A stretch of DNA of 64,000 nt, from NCBI RefSeq assembly GCF_009834535.1, contig NC_045729.1, positions 19,096,001 to 19,160,000 on the forward strand, given 5' to 3'. This document shows, in pieces, positions 1-14,718 of the stretch. Both the position numbers and the translations under genes were made by a program. Under the pieces are notes generated by a model. The model saw nothing but the letters and a program-made list of their open reading frames with translations. It ran no database searches and had not been told where the DNA came from. Position 1 is the first letter of the stretch. Every line of letters starts with the position of its first letter. The stretch is from Camelus ferus. Taxonomy: Eukaryota.

Positions 1-156
1 TCCAAAAGCCCAGGGAGCATCCTCCTGGGCCTGTGCGCTGGTGCTGCTGGTCACATGATGAGGAACCCCTCTAACAGAACCTCCTTCTCAGCCTAACATA
101 TCTCTAACAGCCTGCTGCCCCTTGCACTTCCCAGGGTCCACGCTCAGTGATTCTCA

Positions 157-183
157 ATGGAGAGTGAAAGCCCAGATTCATAA
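157..183 (+). promoter_or_regulatory. uORF MESESPDS* in FOXM1 5' UTR, stop overlapping the main ATG
   Basis: ATG 157-159, TAA 181-183, main ATG 183-185. Confidence 0.75.
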
Positions 184-684
184 TGAAAACCAGCCCCCGT
201 CGGCCACTGATTCTCAAAAGACGGAGGCTGCCCCTTCCTGTCCAAAATGCCCCGGCTGAAACATCAGAAGAGGAGCCTAAGAGGCCCCCTGCCCAACAGG
301 AGCCTGGTCGAGCGCAGGCCTCCGAGGAGGTGGCAGAGTCCAACCCTCGCAAGTTTCCAGCTGGGATCAAGATTATTAACCATCCCACCATGCCCAACAC
401 CCAAGTGGTGGCCGTCCCCAACAATGCCAACATCCAGAACATCATCACAGCACTGACGGCCAAGGGAAAGGAGAGTGGCAGCAGTGGGCCCAACAAATTC
501 ATCCTCATCAGCTGTGGGGGAGCCCCCACCCACCCTCCAGGGCCCCAGCCTCAAGCCCAAACCAGCAACGCGCCCAAGAGGACAGAAGTGATCACCGAGA
601 CCCTGGGGCCAAAGTCTGCAGTTCCGGATGTGGATCTTCCGAGGCCACCTGGAGCCCTTCCTGGGCGGAGATGGGAAAGCTGTG
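183..684 (+). CDS. FOXM1: FOXM1 exon 2, coding part (exon starts at 135)
   Basis: Acceptor ttcccag at 134; ATG 183; donor TGTG|gtatgt; 502 nt. Confidence 0.97.
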
Positions 685-3600
685 GTATGTGCTCTGCAAA
701 GCAAAGGGGTGAGGAGCCAGGCTTCCCTCTCTGTGGCCGGGACTGCAGTCAGCCATGCTGACACTTAGGACAGACAGGCATCTGCCTGAACCGGGGAATA
801 GTCTTGTCTGTCTTCATCCTGAAACCTGACCCAGATCATTTGGGCACTGTCGAAAGGGTTGCAATCTGATTTAGCATTCCAATTGCCTTCTTTATACTGG
901 GAAAGGATTTTTTTGTTGTTTCTCTTTATCCTTTGCATTGACCATATAAGGAAGTAGGAATCTTTCTCCATCTGAATAAAGGAGAAAGCATGAGGAGGAA
1001 AAATGACTTTCTCTGTGCAGATGCTCAATGTTGCTTTTGTAAGGTTGCCTTGACCCTTCTCTAAGGCTCAGTGTGGCTCAGACTGAAATGCAACTTAAAT
1101 TGTGCTCCTCAGTTTCTCCCATGAAATCCTAATGGGGAGAGTACCTGAGGGCCCGTGTCCCTAAGGGCAGAGGTCTGGAGAGATGGTCCCTAACCACCAG
1201 TTTTGCTGGGCCTGCTGGGCATGGATCAGGCGGCTAACTGGCATCTTGGGTTGCTTCCCTGCAGCTGGTGGTGAGGCAGCAGGCTGCACTCTAGACAACA
1301 GCTTGACCAACATCCAGTGGCTTGGGAAGATGACTTCTGATGGGCTGGGCTCCTGCAGCATCAAGCAAGAGACGGAGGAAAAGGAGAACCGTCACCTGGA
1401 GCAGAGTCAGGCCAAGGTGAACGGTTCCGCCACTTGCTAGGGCAGTCAGAGCAGGGGCAGGGAATTTCTAAGAAGGGGATAGATGAAGTGGCCTGTAGAG
1501 CAGAATTTCCGAGTCCTGGTATTAGCAATTCACTTGATTTAGAGCTCTCTTTCTGCTTGGGATCTCTTTCCCCCCATCTGTGAAATCTCCTTGAGGGCAG
1601 ATTCCTCTGGCTCACTCAGTATGCCCTCAGCACTGGCTTCAGTGCTTTAGCAGCAGGTACTTAGCAGGTCTTCAGGAAGATGTCTTAGTTTGGAAAGCCA
1701 TTGAACTTTAAAGAGGCACCCCAACAGTATTAAAGGAACACAGCGTTTTTAGTGAGATTGTTTTATTAGAAGATACGTTAGTGCCAAATAAAATGAGTTA
1801 GGTGTGAATTTTAAATACTTCAGCAATCAAAATTGATGTGACCCAGTTGTGTGGCCTGGGGAGGTTTTTCACAGCTGCCGTTCCTGGATCCTTCTGGGTG
1901 CACCCTTTATTCCGTCATTAAAAGTGAGAAGTTACATGGAAGTATACATAAGTAAAAACTGAGCTGTTCACTTAAAACGTGTACTTTATAAAGTTATAGT
2001 TCAATTTCTTAAAATGTGAATGATCAGATCTTTGCCTGAGACTCAGCCAGATGTGTGCTTTGCGGACATTTATCTGTCCCATACTCTTGGGAATATTTCT
2101 CTTGCACAGACATTGAAAGGAGATGGGTTTATTCACATCACATCAGGAGTAGGAACTGGACTAAGACCTAGGTCCCTCAACTCCCAGATCTGAAGAATGG
2201 GTATAGTTTTAACATAAAATGGATGCTTTAAGAGTCATAATATATCCCAAACTTTCCTAGGAGTTTCAGCTAACAGGCCAGGCTTACCATCAGGCAATAT
2301 CGTCAACAAAATGACCAATGACAGCAGTGGTTCTACAGTGTCTGGGGGTTAGAGCACATCATCTCTGAGACCCTTCCTAATCCTAAAGTTTTATTCTGTG
2401 GAATAGTGGTCTCGGATGAGTTGGTTTCCAGTAACTTTTTACGGGATAAAATCTCTCTCTAGGGGTTGGGGTGGGGAGCCGGGGAGGTCATGTGAACTCT
2501 GCCCAGTCATTGCCTTTTCTCCTTCCCTTTGGCTTCTCAGAACCCTCAGGTGGAGGGGCCCCCGGGAGCATCGACGTCCTGGCAGGACTCTGTGTCTGAG
2601 CGGCCACCGTACTCTTACATGGCCATGATCCAATTTGCCATCAACAGCACGGAGAGGAAGCGCATGACCTTGAAAGACATCTATACTTGGATTGAGGACC
2701 ACTTCCCCTATTTTAAGCACATAGCCAAGCCAGGCTGGAAGGTACTGTGTCCCTTAACAACTGCGGTCGAGGTCGCTGTGGCCCTGTGTAGACAGCTTAT
2801 CTGCACAGAAGTGCCTCAGTCTGTGTCTGGTGGGGAAGGAACAGTTAAATGCAAAGGATGCTAGAACTGTAAACAGTTGTGTCTTGTGGATTGTGACTCG
2901 ATCCTGCTGAATTCAGGCAAAATCATCAGTCAGAGCTCTGCAGTCATTCGTCTGACTCCATTAACTGCCTCGGGTTAATGGAAACTCCAGTGCAGCACCA
3001 AGCCCACTTTTGTGCTACACTGAACAGCAGCTGGAGTGATTAAGGAGCTTTGTGAAAAGATATTAATGAAAAAAGGGGGGAAAGAAAGAAAAAAAATCCT
3101 GTGAGCCTCATGACCCAAGACTCACCTCCTGTAAAGTCATATCTCTTCTCCAGAAGGCAGGGAGCTTCTCTTCCTCATAGTCACAGGAACACTGGGATGT
3201 CTGGGACCCGTAGCTCACGCGAGGCTCAGAGCCACAGTTTAGGTCTCTCGACAGACCCTTAATCCCGGGCCAAGGGGGTTTTTGTATTGTTTCCCTCACA
3301 GCAGAACTGAACTTCATACTCTTACCTCAACTAAATTCCCTAGCTTCTTCCCTTCTTCACTCACCTCTCTTGCTTCTAATTATTGCTCACAGCTTCAGTC
3401 CCCTTTCCCAGTCCGTGTCAGCTCTCAGGACTGGCTGGTCTCTGTTCTCCTGGGATGGAGGGGTTTATGGCTCAGGTTTATGGCTTTGCCAGGTGCAGCG
3501 TCTGGAAGAGAGCTGCCAATAGGCAGGGTTCCAAGGACACAGAGCCTGGGGCTGAATTCCTTGGGGGGGGGGCGGCATTAAAGGTGATGTTTCCAAAGCC

Positions 3601-6600
3601 AAAGTAGCTGATCCATGGTGTCCTCCTCCCCTTTCAGAATTCCATTCGCCACAACCTCTCTCTTCACGACATGTTTGTCCGTGAGACGTCTGCCAATGGC
3701 AAGGTCTCCTTCTGGACCATTCACCCTAGTGCCAATCGCTACTTGACGCTGGACCAGGTGTTTAAGGTGAGCGTCCTGGTCTTGTTCGAATAGGGCCGGC
3801 GGTGGGGGTCGTGATTTCCGTCTCAGAAGGAAATAAGTCCTCCTTGGGATGGTCTTAACTGCTCAGCTGGGGGCCGGCCAGCCCACAGGGACGACAAGCC
3901 GCTGTGCTAGGCCAGGCCGTGGAGAAGGCTCTCTGATCCAAACAGAGGCCTTCCTGGGGCAGTGCTGCCCTAACTGCCCTGTGACAAGAATTGCTGGAAT
4001 GCTTTTTAAAATACAGCTTCCCAGGCCCCTCCCATGGGGCTTCTGACTCAGTAGGTCTGGGATGCGCCTGGGAATATGTATTTTTAGCAGACATCTCAGG
4101 TGATCCTTACAGAAAAAGTCTGGAAAACCTTGTTTTTAAAAAGCCCTTCTTGGAGGGGAGGGTGTAGCTCAGAGGTAGAGCACATGCTTAGCATGCACGA
4201 GGTCCTGGGTTCAATCCTCAGTACCTCTATTAACAAAAAATGATAATAATAAATAATTTAAAAATATATAAAATAAATAAATAAATAGCCCTCCTTTAGG
4301 CTGGAGAGCAGAAGCGGAGCCACCAGAATATCTTTTCTGAAGCAACTGCTTTAGGATCTCAGAGTGCCCCTAAGGCTGCTGCTAACTGTGCCCGCTGTCC
4401 TGGGGGGCCCGCTGTCCTGGGGGGCCCACCGTCCGGGGCGGCCCTCAGCATCAGTCAGGAGCAGGCCTTTGCCTGGCCTGCTCAGACTGGCTGCGCCGGC
4501 GGTAACTTCGTCTTGTTTCTCTCCCGCGTTGCCTGACCGCCACCAGCCACTGGACCCAGGGTCTCCACAGTCTCCCGGGCACTTGGAATCAGTAAGGTTC
4601 TTCCCCTCCGGCTCGGGGCTCGGCCTGGTTTCCCTCCCACGCTCAGCATGGCTTATGTGAACGGGGCAAGGCGTTAAGCAGGGGAAGGGAGCCTGTGGCT
4701 GTGTGCCTGCCGGCCCCCGATGCAGGGCACCCCGGGCTTCCGGGAGTGAGAACCCTGGTGCCGGCCACCTCCTCTCCCCCGAATGGGGGCTCACACCTGC
4801 TGCTCCTCCCCCTCCCCCAGGCTCAGTGCCCGAGCATAGTGGGTGTGGCAGGGGACAGGCCACAGGCTCCATGCGAGGCCGCAGCCACAGCACATGGCCT
4901 GGGCCTGGCAGGCGGCAGTTCCTTCTCTCACTTCTCTACTTGGCTTTTCTTTGCCCCTCCTAGTGCTCCATGCTTTGCATCCCAGGCGTGAGGACACCTG
5001 GATGAGGTGGTAGGACCCCCGCCTCCCTCAGTGTGTCTGTACCACCCCCTTCCCACCAGCAGGCGGTTCGCTCAGCTCTGTGCAGGGTCCCGGAGCAGCT
5101 GGTGGGTCTCCTGCCTTCTCCCCTGCCTTCCTAACCCAGGCCTCTTTCTCTCCGTCTCTGCCACAAGCAGCAGCAGAAACGACCCAACCCTGAGCTCCGC
5201 CGGAACGTGACCATCAAAACTGAACTCCCATTGGGTGCACGTTAGTATGGGGGAGCGGGCCCCAGGCAGGCCCTGTCCTGGGGACATACCTTTGGGGAGT
5301 GGGAACTCGGGGATCCAAGCCTGAAGATCCTGGGTATGAGAAGGGGCTCGTGTTCAGACCCTGGCTCCTGACCCCTCCCGCTTCCTCCCAGGGCGGAGGA
5401 TGAAGCCGCTGCTGCCACGGGTCAGCTCATACCTGGTGCCCATCCAGTTCCCGGTGAACCAGTCCCTGGTGCTGCAGCCCTCAGTCAAGGTGCCGTTGCC
5501 CCTGGCAGCCTCCCTCATGAGCTCGGAGCTCGCCCGGCATGGCAAGCGAGTCCGCATCGCGCCCAAGGTCAGTGCTTCTGGTTTCCTCCGAGGAGAGGCT
5601 CCAGTCCAATTAAGAGTTCTGATGAGTGTCCCTTGAAAAGCCTGTAAATCTAGCTGGGAAAACGTGGTGTAAATACATAGAACTCCATGGCACGATGAGA
5701 GATGAAAGGGCCCTCATTATCCGACATTCGCGGTGTTGGGAGGCTTACAAATGCCTGGTGAGTCTAGGAATTCGGATGGGGTGCTTATGGCAGATGGGCT
5801 GGGCTGGTTCAGGAAGCCCTCACAAGGGAAGCAGGCTCTAGAAAGAAGTAGATCTGGGTGAGCAGACAGGTGTGGAGAGAGCACATAAGGGCGTGTGAGG
5901 TGTGGGTCTGTCTAACTCAGGGTGTCTTCACCTCGGTCCAGCTGCCGTTTGGGTCTGGATGATTCTTTCCTGGGGGTGGAGGGAGGCTCTCCTGGGCCCT
6001 GAATTGACATTTAGCAGCACCTGGTCCCTCCTCGCTAGATGCCAGGAGCGCCCCCTCCTGGAGGGAGTTGCTCCCAGTTGAGCATCAGTGGTCCAGCTGG
6101 CAGAGGAAGAAAGAAGGGTAAGTTCAGACCATACCGTGATGTAGAGGAGGATTTGTGAGCAAGAGCCGACCTGTGACAAGCAGAGGAAGGGCCCCTCTGC
6201 CCCCTTCGTGGAGATGGGAGCAGGGGCTCTGGAATCCAGACAGACTTGGCTTTGCTTTTTCTTTTTTAAATTTTTGTTAAAAAAAAGTTTTAAGATACAT
6301 AAAGGTGTACATACCACTATATGCGATTTCACATAAATGCATTAATGTGATGGTGTCATGTAAACTGTTTCTGCTTCAATGCAATCTTTTTTTCCCCTTT
6401 TCTTCTTTTTGGATCCCCTCCCCTTCCCTCCCCTCCCCCCCACATCACCTCTGCTCCCTGTGACAACCCACGTCGACAACTTAGCATGCTTTTTTCCAGG
6501 ATTTGCCCATGCTTTTAGTGTAAGCTGTACACACAAATCCCCACAGCCATTTTTAAAAAAAATTTTTTAAGTCTTTTGTTTGTTTCTTTGCAGGGAGGTA

Positions 6601-8834
6601 TTCAGGTTTATTTACTTATTTATTTATTTACTTGATGGAGGGACTGGGGATTGAACCCAGGACCTCATGCATGCCAAGCACACAGCTCTACCACTGAGCT
6701 GCACCCTCCCTGCCCACAGCCATTTTATGCACACACACACATCACACAGAAGGTTGAAAATGGGAACATGTTACACACACTCACTGTCCCGTGGGAATTC
6801 TTCTAAGTCACCTTGGCATCGCTCTAGATTCATTGTTTTTTAATGGCCATGTAAGATTCCATGGTGTGGCTCTGCCAAAAATTTTCCAATCGTTTTGCTT
6901 CTATGGGCACATTTTGCTTCTAGTTTTTATGCCCTGTGATCAAAACTGCAATGAATATCTTTGCATGTATTTTTCTTCCTAGCACTTTTACTTCTATAGG
7001 ACAGAAAACCAGACATGAGATTGCTGAGTGGACAGGCATTTTAAATTTTATTAAATATTGCAAGATGGGTTCCCAAAAAAGTCTGTGATAATTCACATAT
7101 CCACCAGCAAGACCTATGTCTGCCAGCAGTTGATATTAGCAGCCTTTTAAATATTTGCCCACCTACGGTATGAGCGGTGTCTCCTTGTTTCCTTTGTCTT
7201 TCTTTGCTTGTTGGCAGGTGAGTGCCTTCCCACGGAGTCTGGTCCTTGGACTTGCTCACCCGTGAGATGCTGGTTTGTGGGCGTGGCCTCCCTTTTACAG
7301 GCTTCTGTTCTTTTGTGAGAGTCCTTTGTTATTCAAATATTAACCTGTCTTTTAGGCTGAAGATACTTTTTACTTCTATCGTTTGTTTCTTAACAATGTT
7401 TATGGTATCCCTTGCCAAGGGGAGAGTTTAAATTTTTATGTGGTCAGATATGTGTCTCTTCTCTTCTGCAGCTTCTGGGTTTCCAGTCTTGGTAAAGCAG
7501 GTCAGCCCCCACCCTCAGACTGTGCACGCAGTCTCCTAGGTTCCCTTTTAGGATTCGTGCGGTTTTGGGTTCTCTGCTATGATCTTTGTATACGGTATGG
7601 AACAGGCCTCCCGCTTCGTTTTCCCTCAGGTGGATACTGACCATGTTAAATGCTCTGTCTTTTACTCCTGGAATTGAATTACCACCTTCATCATATAGTC
7701 TCATATTTAATTGTTTTTGAGACTTTTTAAAAAGACAGAAAGGGGATCAGCACCAGCACGTCACTCATTTTAGCGGCGGTCTGACTGAATCTCGGCGCCC
7801 CGCCTTCACCTCCTCCTGCCCCCCTTTCAGGTGCTGGGGGCGGACGACGGGGCGGCCCCCCTGCCCGCTGCAGGACCAGTGAAAGAGGAGAAACTCCCGC
7901 TCAGAGAGGTGCTGTCTCCTCTGCTTCCGGTCCAGCCCATCAAGGAGGAAGAAATCCAGCCTGGGGAGGAAGCACCACACTTAGGGAGGCCCATCAAAGT
8001 CGAGAGCCCGCCCTTGGAAGAGTGGCCCTCGCCTTGCCCATCTGTCAAGGAGAATCGCCCCACTCCCCCACCCCCAGGCCCAAGAAGCCCTACAGTGGGC
8101 TCCGGTCGCCAGCCCGCTGCGTCTCCGACATGCTCGTGATTAAACGGCGGGAGAGGCGGGAGATGAGCCGGTCTCGAAGGAAACAGCACTTGCGGCCGCC
8201 CTGTCTGGACGAGCCGGAGCTGCTCTTCTCCGAGGGCCCTGGGGCTTCCCGACAAGCTGCGGACCTCGCTGCCCCCCTGGAGCCCTCGCAGCCTGGCCCC
8301 CAGCTTGGCTGCTCCCAGGAGGAGAGAGGACCTTTTAAGACACCCGTTAAGGAGACGCTGCCCATCTCCTCCACCCCGAGCAAATCTGTCCTCCCCACGA
8401 CCCCTGAGTCCTGGGTGCTCACACCCCCAGCCAAAGTGGGGGGGCTCGATTTCAGCCCAGTTCGAACCCCCCAGGGTGCCTTTGGCCCCCTGCCTGACTC
8501 CCTGGAGCTGACAGATCTCACCACCACCCCGCTGAAAAGCGTCCCCCTCTTTGACTCGCCCCAAGAGCTCCTCAATTCCGAGCCCTTTGACCTTACCTCT
8601 GACCCCTTCAGCAGCTGTTCCCCCTCAGAGATGGAAGTCCCCAAGCTCAGCTCCACTGAGCCGCAGGTCGCCAGCCTCTCTGCCAACCGGTCTCTGACAG
8701 AAGGCCTGGTGCTGGACACGATGAATGACAGCCTCAGCAAGATCCTGCTGGACATCAGCTTCCCCGGCCTGGACGAGGACCCGCTGGGCCCTGACGGCAT
8801 CAGCTGGGCTCAGTTCATCCCCGAGCTGCGGTAG
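183..8834 (+). CDS. FOXM1: Forkhead box protein M1, FOXM1c-type model: join(183..684,1265..1416,2550..2741,3638..3766,4547..4591,5171..5240,5392..5567,7831..8834), with an apparent 1-nt frameshift at about 8052
   Basis: MKTSPRRPLILKRRRL N-terminus; forkhead domain ERPPYSYMAMIQFAINS...WKNSIRHNLSLHDMF; C-terminal TAD DTMNDSLSKILLDISFPGLDEDPLG. All introns GT-AG with consistent phase. 756 aa if one base is restored, 524 aa as written. Confidence 0.97.
1265..1416 (+). CDS. FOXM1: FOXM1 exon 3
   Basis: cctgcag|CTGGT...GCCAAG|gtgaac; AGGEAAGCTLDNSLTNIQWLGKM; 152 nt. Confidence 0.96.
2550..2741 (+). CDS. FOXM1: FOXM1 exon 4 (first half of forkhead domain)
   Basis: ccctcag|GTGGAG...TGGAAG|gtactg; 192 nt. 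Confidence 0.96.
3638..3766 (+). CDS. FOXM1: FOXM1 exon 5 (forkhead recognition helix)
   Basis: ctttcag|AATTCC...TTTAAG|gtgagc; NSIRHNLSLHDMFVRETSANGKVSFWTIHP; 129 nt. Confidence 0.97.
3960..4132. mobile_element. MER5-like hAT-Charlie element
   Basis: ttttaaaatacag...gactcagtaggtctgggatg...caggtgatcct. Confidence 0.5.
4152..4281 (+). mobile_element. Camelid tRNA-derived SINE (Vic-1-like)
   Basis: ggggagggtgtagctcagaggtagagc...gggttcaatcc (Pol III A/B boxes), AT-rich tail, degenerate TSD aaa(a/t)agccct(t/c)ct. Confidence 0.85.
4547..4591 (+). CDS. FOXM1: FOXM1 alternative exon Va (A1)
   Basis: caccag|CCACTG...GAATCA|gtaagg; 45 nt, PLDPGSPQSPGHLES (cassette distinguishing FOXM1c from FOXM1b). 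Confidence 0.93.
5171..5240 (+). CDS. FOXM1: FOXM1 exon VI
   Basis: QQKRPNPELRRNVTIKTELPLGA; donor GCAC|gttagt; tandem NAG acceptors make the start uncertain by 3-nt steps. Confidence 0.92.
5392..5567 (+). CDS. FOXM1: FOXM1 exon VII
   Basis: ctcccag|GGCGG...CCCAAG|gtcagt; RRMKPLLPRVSSYLVPIQFP; 176 nt. Confidence 0.96.
6250..7720 (-). mobile_element. Ancient L1M relic in FOXM1 intron VII
   Basis: T-rich antisense L1 3'-region motifs (gagattgctgag, atattttaaattt, ccaccagcaa, gttttcagtcttg); subfamily not resolved. Confidence 0.6.
6554..6712 (-). mobile_element. Vic-1-like SINE inserted in an old L1
   Basis: Reverse copy; perfect 14-bp TSD cccacagccatttt at 6540-6553 and 6713-6726. Confidence 0.88.
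7831..8834 (+). CDS. FOXM1: FOXM1 last exon (transactivation domain); reading frame switches near 8052
   Basis: ctttcag|GTGCTG; homology runs in ORF 7831..8139 up to PSVKE, then in ORF 8022..8834 from SPHSPTPRPKK; TAG at 8832-8834. Confidence 0.93.
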
Positions 8835-9795
8835 AGACAGGGCCTACCCCTCGCCGCTCCAGCTGTCCGCTCCCGGCGCGCACGTGGCTGACCCCTCTAG
8901 CCTTCTGGTGAGGACAGCAGGCAGGGAGCGGCCGCCCCTCCAGCCCCACCTTACCCAGCAACACCAAGGCAGGTGTCACGCCGGAATCGCCACTGGGCCT
9001 TCTGCCAGCAGCAAGGTCCCGGTGACCGGTCTCTGCGCCACCCGCAGACCCCAAGAGAATCCGACTCCTCACTCCCTGCTCGGAGCTGAGGCTGAGAACA
9101 GCAAAAACAAGGGTGAAGAGAGAGGAGGAGCCCCCTAGACTTTGCACCTGTGCCCGGCAGCCTCCCACCTTCCCTGCTCTGTGCAGGGCCGCCCTTGTAA
9201 ATAGTGTATATGTTCTGAATTATCCTCTAATTATAAACGTCCGCCTGTCTCCTTAGATTGTTATCCAGAGACTGCCAGGAGGTGGCTAGGATGACAAGGG
9301 TCTGTTTGCTTCTCTTCCTTGCTTGTGGTTCCTGGGGGAGGGAGGGCCTGGGGTGCACGGTTTCTTCAAGGCCCAGGTACCTCCCCCACGGGTTCCTCAC
9401 TGTAGGTGCCCAGAGTGAGTGGCTCTGCTCACCAGGGTACCTCCTACCACCCCTCCCTCCCGCCACCCTGGGTTTCCAATTCAGCTCTCCTGCAGGAAGA
9501 ATTCCTGGTAAAACATGTCCCTCGAGATGGGTCAAGAGCCGAATGGGGGTGGGGGGAATGGAGGACGGTGGAGCAGAGTGAGTGCCCTGGCATGTCCGAG
9601 AGCCGTTTCTCGGATCAGGGTCCTAATCATGCCAGAGAGACGTAGAGAGCTTGGCCCGAGTCTCCAAGAGGCGGGAGGGCAGCCCCGCCTGCCTTCCTTA
9701 GCTTTCACAACTCAGCTCTGCGCAGAGCCAGGCCGGGCCCCAGCTGACTGCGTGTCAGGGAAGCAGCTCCAGAACACTACTGCCACCAGCTACTC

Positions 9796-9801
9796 AATAA
9801 A
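9796..9801 (+). terminator. FOXM1: FOXM1 polyadenylation signal
   Basis: AATAAA in ctactcAATAAAaccc, about 960 nt after the stop; context resembles the human 3' end as recalled. Confidence 0.8.
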
Positions 9802-10384
9802 ACCCAGGGTGGAGATGCTGGTCTGCAGCATGCTGCTGTCCGGTCCCTGCGGCGTGAGGAGGGGGTGGAAGGGAAAGTGCGTGACGATGAAGATGGTGGT
9901 GACGGGGAAGAGGCACAGCCTGATGCCCACACGGAGCCCTGGAAGAGGGCACGAAGGGCTTCAGTCCGCTCCCCTACCCTAACCCCAAACCCACTCCCCC
10001 ACCCCACCCCCGGCTCCACACACAGCAGTCCGCAGTTTCCCAGTGCTGGTCCTGCACAGCCGGCCTCTTTTGGGAATCTCTGAACCTGCTGGCTAACGTA
10101 GGCCTTTCAGAGTTCCCCAGTAAGAGAAAGGCCTACGCAGGGGCACCCCCCAACCTCAGAAGGATGGGCCCAGTTACAGATGCCTCCTGACCACCTCCAA
10201 CCCCACCCAAGGCCGGGAAGCCAGCCTGCCCTGCTTTCCCCTCCCCTGCCTTCCTAGGCAAGTCCCTTCCGAGTCCTATCCCCTGCCTCCCTCACCCGAG
10301 ACGAGACGCAGCTGGGCCCAAGGCGCTGAAAAGACCTCCCAGGGAGAGGTAAGGACCTCCTCTCTGCGTCACCACCCAGGAAGT

Positions 10385-10398
10385 GTCACCGTGGCAAC
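10385..10398 (+). promoter_or_regulatory. RFX X-box in putative TEX52 promoter
   Basis: GTCACC-GT-GGCAAC matches GTNRCC-N(0-3)-RGYAAC, 74 nt upstream of the ATG. Confidence 0.6.
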
Positions 10399-10471
10399 CG
10401 CAGAGGCAAACAATGCTGCCAAGAAGGACTTCTCTCCAGAGCTGCCCCTCCTGGTTGTCAGACCCAGAAGA

Positions 10472-14718
<4,247 letters not shown>

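Noticed and set aside
4155-4230. tRNA-Ala-like gene (also at the other SINE heads)
   Set aside because: A/B boxes are followed by an AT-rich tail and flanked by TSDs, and the acceptor stem is incomplete: SINE, not tRNA
7827-8800. Long antisense ORFs (245 and 236 aa) over the FOXM1 last exon
   Set aside because: Shadow frames of a GC-rich coding exon; no independent homology
10391-10471. 27-codon upstream in-frame extension of TEX52 from GTG
   Set aside because: Non-ATG start overlapping the X-box; homology begins at ATG 10472
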